Below, piece after piece: positions 53,653 through 62,106 of a stretch of DNA of 64,000 nt. The DNA comes from a virus. The notes below the pieces were generated by a model, which was given only the letters and a program-made list of their open reading frames with translations, was not told where the DNA came from and ran no database searches. A program made the translations under genes and the position numbers. Each line of letters starts with the position of its first letter. The stretch's first letter is position 1. The stretch covers positions 1-64,000 of IMG/VR virus record IMGVR_UViG_3300049489_000993. One strand, 5' to 3'.

Positions 53653-55092
53653 TCAGATGGACAGGGACTTGGTGCTGTCCGCGCGGCCCACGTTCTTGAA
53701 CAGGACGTTCTTGTTGGGGCTGTGCAGCGTGAGCGTGAGGTACAAGACCTGTGCCCAGCGCGTGGACGTGTCGATCGTCGCGAGCGGAATGCGCGTGAAC
53801 GGCGCAAGCTGCTTGACGACGAGGTTCTGTCGGTTTCCCTGGATCAAAGCCGCCTTGGTCGAGCCGGGGATGTCGCCGTTCAAGTCGCCGAACGAGGTCA
53901 CCGCGCCCGTGCGCTTGACCTGAATCATCTCGACGGCCTCTGCGAGCAACCCGTTCTTTGGTGAGCGGTAGACGACGTAGCACGATGCCAACGGCGAACC
54001 GTCGGAGATCGTGAACGACACCTTCTGTCCCGCCGCGACCGTGATCGCCGCGCCAGCATTGACGGCGACGGGCGCCGAGATGCCGTAGCGGTTACGAGCC
54101 GCGACGTAGTAGCGGTAGTCGCCCGCGTCCGCCGAAGCGAACAGGGAGACCTCGCCGCCACCGGGCGCGCCAGCGGTGCCTGCGCCGAGCACGGGCACGC
54201 CGGGGCGCTTGGAGACGTCGCCAATGCCAGCCGCGACCGGAATGCGACCTGGCTCGATGAACACGTCCGGGTTGAACCGGATGGGTCCTGCCTGCGTGCG
54301 CATGCCGGAGACCTGAAAGCCTGCCATCCCGTCGGCCGCGGGCGTCGGGAGCGCCGCTCGCTGCGTGGGGTAGAACAGCTTGGCAAAGTCACTGTATACG
54401 CCGTCGCTCATCCACAAATCGGTTGGGATACCGAAGTTGGGCGCCGCTCGGACGATGTGCGCCGCTTCCTCGACGACGTCTTGGTTCAGCGGCTTGCCTC
54501 GCATGTCGATGACGTTCGCGCTGTTCGCGTTCGCCTGAATCTGCGGGAACAAACCATCGAACTCGGACGAGACAAGGTTCGAGTCGGCGTAGAACAGCGC
54601 CTTCTCGACCTGGCGGAGCAACCACATGGTGCCGTTGGTCGTCTCCTGCGCGACGACGCTGCCGATGTGCGTGCGCACCGTCTGCATTACGTGCGTGACC
54701 CGACGGGTGACGCCCATGTATTTGACGATGTTGAACTCACGGCTGTAGGTCGCGTCGTCCTCGGCGGGCAGCTCACCTTCTTCGATGAAGGCAGCAACGC
54801 CGTTGCCGTACTCGCGCAGTCGCGAATACTCCTCGACGGTGTTGTACGCCGCGGTCTTGTCGATGGCCTTCCAGAAGGCGATCGACTCCTCCGTGTACGT
54901 GACCACCTTCAAGGTGTTGTCGAGCGACTCCGGCTTCAGCGTGAAACCGTCGCCGGCGACGACGGAACCCGGAGCGTTGCGCTCCTGGCCCGAGCGAAGT
55001 GCCTTCTGCAAGTTGACAAGGTCTTCTGCGGACGCCGACCCGAAACCGTCCACGTTCTCGTAGTCGGCGGCGCTCACAAGTGAACCCATCAT
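53653..55092 (-). CDS. major capsid protein
   Basis: LQKAL..G; L..ESLD..LK..T; A..TV.EY; F..EG.L...D..Y.R....VKY.G....V; E..LFY.DS....EFDGL; QL.P....PLA. Confidence 0.93.
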   Translation of the reverse strand: MMGSLVSAADYENVDGFGSASAEDLVNLQKALRSGQERNAPGSVVAGDGFTLKPESLDNTLKVVTYTEESIAFWKAIDKTAAYNTVEEYSRLREYGNGVAAFIEEGELPAEDDATYSREFNIVKYMGVTRRVTHVMQTVRTHIGSVVAQETTNGTMWLLRQVEKALFYADSNLVSSEFDGLFPQIQANANSANVIDMRGKPLNQDVVEEAAHIVRAAPNFGIPTDLWMSDGVYSDFAKLFYPTQRAALPTPAADGMAGFQVSGMRTQAGPIRFNPDVFIEPGRIPVAAGIGDVSKRPGVPVLGAGTAGAPGGGEVSLFASADAGDYRYYVAARNRYGISAPVAVNAGAAITVAAGQKVSFTISDGSPLASCYVVYRSPKNGLLAEAVEMIQVKRTGAVTSFGDLNGDIPGSTKAALIQGNRQNLVVKQLAPFTRIPLATIDTSTRWAQVLYLTLTLHSPNKNVLFKNVGRADSTKSLSI

Positions 55093-55137
55093 TTCTTTCT
55101 CTCCTGGTTAGATGTCGAGCGGGATGCGCCGACGGAA

Positions 55138-56013
55138 TCAGAGCCCGAGTCGCGTGGGATCGATCCCGCGCTTCTTGGCGACCGCGAGCATCGCCTGCTT
55201 GCCGACCATGCCGGTCGACTCGTACATGGAGATGGCGTGCGTCCAGTCGACGCCCGACTCCTTGTCGCTCTTGAACAGATCGAACATGGTGTCGAGGATC
55301 TGTGGGCGTGACAGGACGGAGGCGCCGCCGCCCTCGCTCTTGTTCATGGTGTCGTTGACTTTGCGACCGACGGCAGAGATGCCTTTTGCGGCAACGGCTT
55401 GCGGCGCGCTGCGCGGGGCGGTCTCGCTCTTGGCGAGCTGCGCCTTCAGGGCACGGATCTCACCGGCCTGGGATGCGAGGACGCGCGCGAAGGCGCGGTT
55501 GAACTCGCCCAGCTCGGCGAAGCTCTTGCGAATCTCAATGCGGTTGGCGTCGAGGCTTTCACCTAGCTTGTTGCCGAGCGCGTCGAGGAACTCCGACACC
55601 TCGAAACCTTGCTCAACTTTGGGATCTTCCACGAGTGTCTCCTTGGTGCTCTTTTCGAGTGAGTCGTCGTCGCTGGCGAGGGTCGCCAACTCTTCTTTTT
55701 CCGACTTGGTGAGCGCCTCGCCCTTTGCGAGCTTGGCGGCGAGGGTGGTTTGACGGAGGGACACCCCGTTGGCCTGCGCCTTCACGAGGGAGTCCATTTC
55801 GTCGAGGGCTTTGAGGAGGTCGATCTCGTCAATGCCGCCCTTCTCGGCGCCCTCGTCGTCTTCGTCCTCATCCTCGTCGTCTTCGTCTTCGTCCTCATCC
55901 TCGTCGTCTTCGTCGTCTTCGCCGGAGGCATCGGCGCCCTGGTCTTGGTCAGGCATGGCCTTCTCGACTTCCTCGAGCGGCGCGGTATCAACGACGGGCT
56001 TCTGCTTTGCCAT
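55138..56013 (-). CDS. capsid scaffold protein
   Basis: Between protease and MCP; long Asp/Glu tract, coiled coil, many xxK(S/A) sites. Confidence 0.75.
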   Translation of the reverse strand: MAKQKPVVDTAPLEEVEKAMPDQDQGADASGEDDEDDEDEDEDEDDEDEDEDDEGAEKGGIDEIDLLKALDEMDSLVKAQANGVSLRQTTLAAKLAKGEALTKSEKEELATLASDDDSLEKSTKETLVEDPKVEQGFEVSEFLDALGNKLGESLDANRIEIRKSFAELGEFNRAFARVLASQAGEIRALKAQLAKSETAPRSAPQAVAAKGISAVGRKVNDTMNKSEGGGASVLSRPQILDTMFDLFKSDKESGVDWTHAISMYESTGMVGKQAMLAVAKKRGIDPTRLGL

Positions 56014-56026
56014 GGTCTCTGCTCCT

Positions 56027-56827
56027 TCAGGCCGCCTTGGCGGCGCGAGATACGGCGAACGCAAGAATGCGGACGGCCGTGGTTTTGTCGACGTCTGGAT
56101 AGCGACGCTTGATCAAGATGAGGGCTTCGCTCTTGCCGAGCTTCTTTTTCTTCTTCGATCGACGAGCTTTGTAGCCCTCGATGGATTCCGGCATGACAAC
56201 ACGCCCAGCGCCCGCGCCGGTGAGCGGCACGCCGGCCGGTACTGCACCTGGGTCGGAGCCACCTGCCGGAGGACCGACGGCGAGCGCCTTGTTCATCGCG
56301 TCTAGGCTCTTGCTCAACACCTCGAGCGCGGTGTCGGGGTTCACAGGGCAGTTGGTTACCGCCACGTTTTTGACGACGGCAGAAGCGATGATCGGGGTGC
56401 CCCCCTTGTTCAACCGCTGAGTGACCTTGCCTTCGATCGAGAACCCAAGTCGGCGTGAAGTACGCTGGAGCGAGCGTGCCAGCCCCCAAACACGGTCGGC
56501 GGGAGGGTGTCCTTTGAGTAAGTAGCCCTCGACAAACCACCCGGATTTGTCAGCGGTGCGCCCGTTTGGGAGCGTCTCGCCCTTCTCGATGAGCTTGGCG
56601 GTCTCGGGGAAGCCGATAATGTCCGCCGTTGCGCGGGAATGGTTGTCGTTGAACCAGCCGTCGCGGAGAAAGGGGGTGAAGTCCAAGCCGGACTGCAAGA
56701 CCTTCTCACCCTGCTTGTCGAGCTTGGCGGTCGTGACGAAGCCGGCGATGCGGCGTTCCTTCTCCGGCTCGCCGGCCTTCTCGAAAGGCTCAATCTCGAC
56801 GTCAAAGGAGAAGTCTTGCTCGATCAC
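56027..56827 (-). CDS. prohead maturation protease
   Basis: I.G..TT...D.QGE.V.Q.GLD...F...GW.N.NH; IIG.P; LGFSIEG; NVA.T..PVN. Confidence 0.9.
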   Translation of the reverse strand: MIEQDFSFDVEIEPFEKAGEPEKERRIAGFVTTAKLDKQGEKVLQSGLDFTPFLRDGWFNDNHSRATADIIGFPETAKLIEKGETLPNGRTADKSGWFVEGYLLKGHPPADRVWGLARSLQRTSRRLGFSIEGKVTQRLNKGGTPIIASAVVKNVAVTNCPVNPDTALEVLSKSLDAMNKALAVGPPAGGSDPGAVPAGVPLTGAGAGRVVMPESIEGYKARRSKKKKKLGKSEALILIKRRYPDVDKTTAVRILAFAVSRAAKAA

Positions 56828-56842
56828 GACAATCCCACCCCG

Positions 56843-56884
56843 AAAAACGAAAATGGGCGCCACCGCGTTGTGCAGTAGCGCCCA
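56843..56884 (-). terminator. terminator/attenuator hairpin in the leader of the head operon
   Basis: TGGGCGCTACTGC-ACAAC-GCGGTGGCGCCCA followed by TTTTCGTTTTT. Confidence 0.65.
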
Positions 56885-56925
56885 CCTCTTGTGCCACATG
56901 TGCGGCTAGGCCCTTGGGTGAGGGC

Positions 56926-56955
56926 AGACTAGGGGCGAGGTTGGATCTTGGTCAA
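56926..56955 (-). promoter_or_regulatory. promoter carrying the CCAAGATCCAA box
   Basis: TTGACC-N18-TAGTCT; the box is shared with the promoters at 5.2 and 14.0 kb. Confidence 0.55.
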
Positions 56956-57161
56956 GAACGCCGCAGAACGAGCCGTGTGGGCTCGTGGGCGGGGATGGCG
57001 CTTTTGGCGAGGGTTACAGGGACCGGAATCTCAGCGTGGCACCTGGGGCACGAGGTGAGGCACGTCTCGCCCAGGGCGTCGAATACGAGAATGGGCACGC
57101 GCACCTTGAGCTTGTCGCCGCTCTTTTGCAGGAGGTTGTGCGCGCACTCGGGACACCGCAT
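56952..57161 (-). CDS. small Zn-ribbon protein (Com-like)
   Basis: MRCPEC.HNL...CPRC; TAATG coupling to the giant ORF. Confidence 0.7.
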   Translation of the reverse strand: MRCPECAHNLLQKSGDKLKVRVPILVFDALGETCLTSCPRCHAEIPVPVTLAKSAIPAHEPTRLVLRRS

Positions 57162-60100
57162 TACCCATCATCGTCTGATTCCCCGAGCATGCGCAAAGCG
57201 TCGTGGAGCGGGGGAATGGCGCGGCGGCGTTCCATCTCTTGCTCGGCGCGCGCATGGTTTCGCTTGGAGCCCGCGCGGGCGCCCTCGCGGAGGTCGCGCA
57301 GCGTTTGCGGCACGTAGCCCTCGGTGGTGGGCGGCTCGCGCTCGACGCGCACGAACAGCGGGCGAAACCGATCTGCGCCCGCCTTGAAACGCTCGCGTGC
57401 GTCGGCTTCCTTTTGCTTGTCCTTTTTGCGCTTGTCCTTCTTCGCTTTGAGGGTGAGGCGGATGCTGTCCGCGGCCTGCATGTTGGACGGCGGGCGCTGT
57501 TTCTTGGGGGCGTCTTGGTTGCCGAGCCAAGACATCATGGTCAGGCGCGTGGGGTTGTTCGCGAGCGCCTGTAAGGCGTCAGGATCGCTTTTCTGCGCAT
57601 CGGGGTAGGTACGGGGCACCTCGAGCGCGCGAGCGTCTTGGCGGGTGCCCTGGAGCCGCTCGACGAACTCCTCGAATGGGAACACGGTAACGCCGCCCAG
57701 GAAGCGGGGGTCGCTGTAGTGGGTGAGATACGCCGCGACGGCCTCTGACTGGCTTGGGAAGCCCAGCATGACCTTGTCCTCGTCCTCGTCGGCGAAGGCG
57801 CCGTTGGGGCCGCGTTTTTTCATTTGGTGGACGACGTAGACGTTCTCGGCGTTCTCGTTGGGACCGACGTAGACGTCCACCTTGTCGCCGTCGAGCCCTT
57901 CGGTGCGATGAATCTCCCCGTACGGGAACTGCATTTCCGTTTCGCCGTGCTCGCCGGTGTGCTCGTCGAACCATTGGCGCGTGGAGCCGGCGGGGTTCTC
58001 GACGTGGATGTGGAGCCCACGGAAGCGGATGTCGGCCTTGAACAGCGAGAGCTGTCCCTGCGGGGGAGGTGGCGCCGAGGCGGTGAGCTTGGTGGCGGGA
58101 TCGGGGATGGGGTGTGCGGCGGGGGTCTCCTGGCGTCCGTACACCGCGTTGTGCGCCGCGTGCCACTCGGGGCCGAGGGCGGCGACGCGCTTCTCGAACG
58201 CCGTGAGGGCGCGCTTGATGGCGGCGTCGTCGCGCCCATATTTCCGCTTGTGCTCGCGCGGGTCCATGCCCTCGGTCGCGCCCCCACCTACGCGGCGCGC
58301 GGTGGCCTTCCCGGCGACGTAGGACAAGAACACTTTGACGCCCGATGCGAGAGTGACCGTCTCCTCGGCGCCGGAACCGTCTGTGTGGCTCTTGAAGTCG
58401 CCGGGGGCGGGTTGTGTTGGTGGGGACTGTGCCGGAGCCGGAGCCGGAGGTGGTGCCGCGACCGCTTCCAGCGTGCGCGTGGCGTCCGCGATGGGTGTGG
58501 TGGGTGCCGCGGAAGGCGTGCTCGGCGGGGGCTCCACGGCCTTGCCTTGGATCTTCGCCAGTACGTCTGCCATCGCGAGGGGCTTTTCCATCCACTCGCG
58601 CTCGGCGGGCGAGATTTGCTTGCCCTGATTGATCTTCGCGGCGAGGTCGTACTTACGACGGAGAATCGCCGTCACGTTCTCGTCGAACTTGTTGTCCTCC
58701 GCAACGACCCAGTAGATGTTGACGGCGTTTTGCTGGCCGATGCGGTGTGCTCGGTCTTCGGCTTGGCCGATGTCGGCAGCGGTCCACGGGAGGTCGTTGA
58801 ACACGACCTTGTCGGCGGCGGTGAGCGTGGCGCCGACGGCCAGCGACGGGCGCGTCGAAACGAACACGCGCTTGGGCGAGCCCTCCCGCATGAACTCGGC
58901 CTTGGCGGCTTCGCGCACGTCGTCGGATTGCTGGCCGTAGTGCAGGATGGCCTCGTCACCCAGCTCGGCGACAATGGCTTTCGCGGCGGCGACCGACTCA
59001 GAGAACACAAGCACCTTGCTGTCGGAGCTGCCAAGGATCTCCTTCACCATCTCGACGGTGGCGGGAGCCTTCGCGAGTGCGAGCTGGCCTCGGATGCGGC
59101 TGTATTCGCCGACCGAGGTCGACGGCGCACCGCGACCGCCCGCGCCGTACTCGCCGACCGCTTCTGCGTAGAGGTCGGCGTCGTTCTCCTCATCGCGACG
59201 CGACTCCCGGAAGTCTTCGGCCGCTTTCGCGTATGCGGCCTTCTGGCGCTCGGTCGCTCCGGGCGGTGGCGGCTTGGGCTCTCGCACCTCGCCGATATCG
59301 GGGGCACCTGGCGCGTAGAGTGTGCTGATCGTGGTCTGCTTCGGCGGAAGGTCTTTCAGCACCTCAGCCTTCGTGCGCGCGAGGTAGTGGGGGCGCATCT
59401 TGTTCCACGCCGCCCCGTGCGTCGCCCCCTTCAACTCTTTCGCCGAGCCCCACAGGCCCGGCACGACCATCTCGAGCTGCGTGAACAGCTCATCCTTGCG
59501 GTTCTTGACGGCGGTGCCGGACATGAGGATGTGGTGCTGCGTGATCTTTGCTACACTTTGAATCGCCTTAGTAGTTTTGGCTTTGGGGTTTTTCGCACGG
59601 TGACTGTTGTGGACTAGGACGCCACCGACGGAGAAGGATGGGTGCCCAGCCACCTTGAGATCGTAGTAGTGACCCGCTTCGTTTCCTGGGTAACTTCCCG
59701 ATTGGTGAACCGTAACGTCGCCCACCCTAACTCCCGCAACTTCTCCTCTTTCTTGAAATCCTGGCCTTTCCGAGACAAGTGCGAGAAGCCATCCACTTCG
59801 ACGCTGAGCTTCCGATCTACCAATGCGAGGTCGGCTTTGTAGTTGGTGGGATAGCCGGGCTGTCGCCGACCAAGGCTGATCGCGTGATTCCACTTCCACG
59901 GAGGGCCGAGCGCCTCGAGTAGCGTTCGCTCGGCTTCTGTCGGTCCCGTACCGTTGCCTCTGCGCACCGTCGGCTTCCAACCCATCGCCTTGAGCGACGC
60001 CGACGCCTTGGCGCGCGTCTCTGCACTGCGCATCGGGTTGTTCGCCCTCATCCGCGCCGAGCACGCCGGGCTCTTCTTCCCAATATTCGCCGCCCGCAGA

Positions 60101-62041
60101 GCAGCCTTCCCTTCCGGCGTCATCAGGCTCTTCGCGTAGCCCGGACGGCTCATCCTCCACTTCGCTGAACAGGAGGTCCCGCAGAAACGATTCTTGCTCC
60201 GAGGCGGCGTGAAGGTCTTCCCGCAAAAGGCGCATGGCTTCTGTGTGGCTGACAAGCGTGTCTCCGGGCTTGAGGTCTTCGGCGTAGATCCAACCTCTCC
60301 CGGTGAAGAACGGATGGTGCGCCGAGCACGTCACAGACGTGCTGCCGTACCTTAGCTCGATGCGATTGGCAAAACCAGACCGCCGAAACGCGCCTAGAAC
60401 TGGAGCCGGACCGAGAGCCGATAGGACAATGTCGCCGACTTGAATCTGATCGATACGACGAGGGCCGGTCGGCGTGTCAACGAGCGTCTCAGGACCGAAG
60501 CATTCGTCGACAATCAGTGTATCAAAGCCCGCCGCTTTGAGATAGGGCATGAACTTCTCGAGGCTTTCGTAGTTGACCGTCACGAGATTCTTGCCCGAGA
60601 GGTCCATCAGGCCCTTCTCGCCGCCCGCGTGCATCGCCGCGAGGAACGCGGCAGGGTCATCGATCGACGCAAGGTCGGTGCCCTTCTTGCCTTTGCCCGT
60701 AAGCAGATCCTTGGACCGAAGCTCCTTCGCATCGAAGTGCCCTGGGAAGAACTTGTGGGCTTCTTGAATCCAAGTGCGGCGCACAACCTTCGGCACGACG
60801 ACGATCGCCTTCTTGTTGTTCTTGGCGACCCACGCAAGCGCCTGAAGCGTTTTGCCAAGCCCCATTTCGTCGCCGACGATGGCGTTGCCGTCGTTGCCGT
60901 CGAGGAAGCGCACCATCGCGTTCTGGTACGGCTTGAGCGCAAAGCCTGGCGCGAGCTTGGCTTGCACCTCGGGAATCGGGGCCTCGGCGGCGGCTTTGTC
61001 GCGCGCGGCTTTGTCGGCGGCGTCTTTGATCTTGGGATCGAGCACGAACGTGAAGTGCGGGAGTGCGGCGCGGAGCTTCTCGAGCGCCTCCTCCATGAGC
61101 GCGTGCGAGAACGTGGAGCGGCTCCAGGTGCGGGGATCCGCTTCGATGATGCCGGTGAGCTTGCCGGTTTTGTTCGACATGATCTCGTTGAAGTCGCGTG
61201 AGAATGTCGAATAGAACACAAAGCGGCCGTCGTCCTCCTGCACAAGCGCGATCGTGTCGCGGGCGCGCTTGTTCACGATGGCCGAAGCGACTTCGTACAC
61301 GTCGACGGGCCGTGGGGGCGTCGGCGGTTGTGCGACGGGCGTGGCAACGGGGGCCTGCTCCACGATCTCCGGCTTCTCGGGGATGTGGATCTTGATCCCA
61401 CGCTTCTCGAGCGCCGCGACGTAGGCGCTTGGATCTTGCGCCACGGGGTGTGTCGGTGGGACCGTCTCGCGCGCGGCGGCACCGCGCTCCCCGTTCCAGC
61501 GGAACCCGTGCGTGCGGTGAATGTCCTTGAACGCGGCGAACTTGTCGCCGAGGTACTGCGCCGTGCGGATGTGCAAGCCCCCGTTGGACGTCCACTGGCC
61601 GACGAGGTCGGCGTCCGCAGTTGCCGGCGGCGGGTCCGCGAGGCCCACGCGGATGAACGCCTCGAGCCCGTAGTGCCCGACGAGCTGCCGGCGGTACTTG
61701 CGCAGCATCCGGCGCATGCGCTCGACGTCTCCGCGGGCGCTTCCCCACGACTGATAGTCGAGCTTGTTGAAGCCAATGTCGTTCTGCTCGCGGACCTCGT
61801 CGACGGAATGCAACGCGTCGCCCATGCGCTCGAGGAGAGCGACCGCTTCCGGGTCCGCGTGACGCTCCTTGAACTCGTGGTGCGCCTGCTTGTCCTCGAC
61901 GACCTCCCACTCGCCCTTCGCGTTCTTGCGGTGGAGCTTGCCGTCGGCCCATTGGTGGACGGTGCCGGCGACAGCGGCTTCCGCTTTCGCGATGGCGTCC
62001 TCGACATACAGGCGGATGGGGCTGTCGGCAGAGTCACTCAT
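57161..62041 (-). CDS. polyvalent head-associated protein: SNF2 (SMARCAL1-like) helicase with intein + InPase-like domain
   Basis: GGAGG RBS at ATG 62041. LKPYQ; GDEMGLGKT; VNYE; DE|SH; MSGTA..NR..EL; KVLVFS; GATLTAA; QAEDRAHRIGQ; C-terminal GL.I.VENP.GS.R...YG.I..TEG.DGD.VDV.VGP...DEDKVMLGF. Confidence 0.9.
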   Translation of the reverse strand: MSDSADSPIRLYVEDAIAKAEAAVAGTVHQWADGKLHRKNAKGEWEVVEDKQAHHEFKERHADPEAVALLERMGDALHSVDEVREQNDIGFNKLDYQSWGSARGDVERMRRMLRKYRRQLVGHYGLEAFIRVGLADPPPATADADLVGQWTSNGGLHIRTAQYLGDKFAAFKDIHRTHGFRWNGERGAAARETVPPTHPVAQDPSAYVAALEKRGIKIHIPEKPEIVEQAPVATPVAQPPTPPRPVDVYEVASAIVNKRARDTIALVQEDDGRFVFYSTFSRDFNEIMSNKTGKLTGIIEADPRTWSRSTFSHALMEEALEKLRAALPHFTFVLDPKIKDAADKAARDKAAAEAPIPEVQAKLAPGFALKPYQNAMVRFLDGNDGNAIVGDEMGLGKTLQALAWVAKNNKKAIVVVPKVVRRTWIQEAHKFFPGHFDAKELRSKDLLTGKGKKGTDLASIDDPAAFLAAMHAGGEKGLMDLSGKNLVTVNYESLEKFMPYLKAAGFDTLIVDECFGPETLVDTPTGPRRIDQIQVGDIVLSALGPAPVLGAFRRSGFANRIELRYGSTSVTCSAHHPFFTGRGWIYAEDLKPGDTLVSHTEAMRLLREDLHAASEQESFLRDLLFSEVEDEPSGLREEPDDAGREGCSAGGEYWEEEPGVLGADEGEQPDAQCRDARQGVGVAQGDGLEADGAQRQRYGTDRSRANATRGARPSVEVESRDQPWSATARLSHQLQSRPRIGRSEAQRRSGWLLALVSERPGFQERGEVAGVRVGDVTVHQSGSYPGNEAGHYYDLKVAGHPSFSVGGVLVHNSHRAKNPKAKTTKAIQSVAKITQHHILMSGTAVKNRKDELFTQLEMVVPGLWGSAKELKGATHGAAWNKMRPHYLARTKAEVLKDLPPKQTTISTLYAPGAPDIGEVREPKPPPPGATERQKAAYAKAAEDFRESRRDEENDADLYAEAVGEYGAGGRGAPSTSVGEYSRIRGQLALAKAPATVEMVKEILGSSDSKVLVFSESVAAAKAIVAELGDEAILHYGQQSDDVREAAKAEFMREGSPKRVFVSTRPSLAVGATLTAADKVVFNDLPWTAADIGQAEDRAHRIGQQNAVNIYWVVAEDNKFDENVTAILRRKYDLAAKINQGKQISPAEREWMEKPLAMADVLAKIQGKAVEPPPSTPSAAPTTPIADATRTLEAVAAPPPAPAPAQSPPTQPAPGDFKSHTDGSGAEETVTLASGVKVFLSYVAGKATARRVGGGATEGMDPREHKRKYGRDDAAIKRALTAFEKRVAALGPEWHAAHNAVYGRQETPAAHPIPDPATKLTASAPPPPQGQLSLFKADIRFRGLHIHVENPAGSTRQWFDEHTGEHGETEMQFPYGEIHRTEGLDGDKVDVYVGPNENAENVYVVHQMKKRGPNGAFADEDEDKVMLGFPSQSEAVAAYLTHYSDPRFLGGVTVFPFEEFVERLQGTRQDARALEVPRTYPDAQKSDPDALQALANNPTRLTMMSWLGNQDAPKKQRPPSNMQAADSIRLTLKAKKDKRKKDKQKEADARERFKAGADRFRPLFVRVEREPPTTEGYVPQTLRDLREGARAGSKRNHARAEQEMERRRAIPPLHDALRMLGESDDDG
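59606..60502 (-). mobile_element. intein (299 aa) inserted in the helicase Walker B motif
   Basis: DE|CFGPETLV...; block B C.AHHPF; GWI.AEDL.PGD; block F YYDLKV.GH.SF; VLVHN|S. Confidence 0.95.
59614..60255 (-). CDS. Vsr-like/DUF559 homing endonuclease overprinted on the intein (+1 frame)
   Basis: TTG start with GGAG 6 nt upstream; CAFCGKTF...RFCGTSC zinc finger; NUMOD3-like NPM...TRAK.S.SL; T.AE..L; Y.ADLA....L.VEVDG.SH....D..K...L...GW..LRF.N. Confidence 0.88.
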   Translation of the reverse strand: MSATQKPCAFCGKTFTPPRSKNRFCGTSCSAKWRMSRPGYAKSLMTPEGKAALRAANIGKKSPACSARMRANNPMRSAETRAKASASLKAMGWKPTVRRGNGTGPTEAERTLLEALGPPWKWNHAISLGRRQPGYPTNYKADLALVDRKLSVEVDGFSHLSRKGQDFKKEEKLRELGWATLRFTNREVTQETKRVTTTISRWLGTHPSPSVAS

Positions 62042-62061
62042 ACGGGGCCTCCGCGTCGGAA

Positions 62062-62100
62062 ACCCTAACGAGCTTGGACCTATAGTCTCAAGCGTGAGAC
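62062..62100 (-). promoter_or_regulatory. promoter/operator (copy 3) for the polyvalent protein
   Basis: Perfect palindrome GTCTCA-CGCT-TGAGAC overlapping TTGAGA-N18-TAGGGT. Confidence 0.7.
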
Positions 62101-62106
62101 GTCCAG

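Noticed and set aside
55855-55921. TCGTCTTCGTCCTCATCC-type repeats
   Set aside because: Simply the codons of the scaffold Asp/Glu tract.
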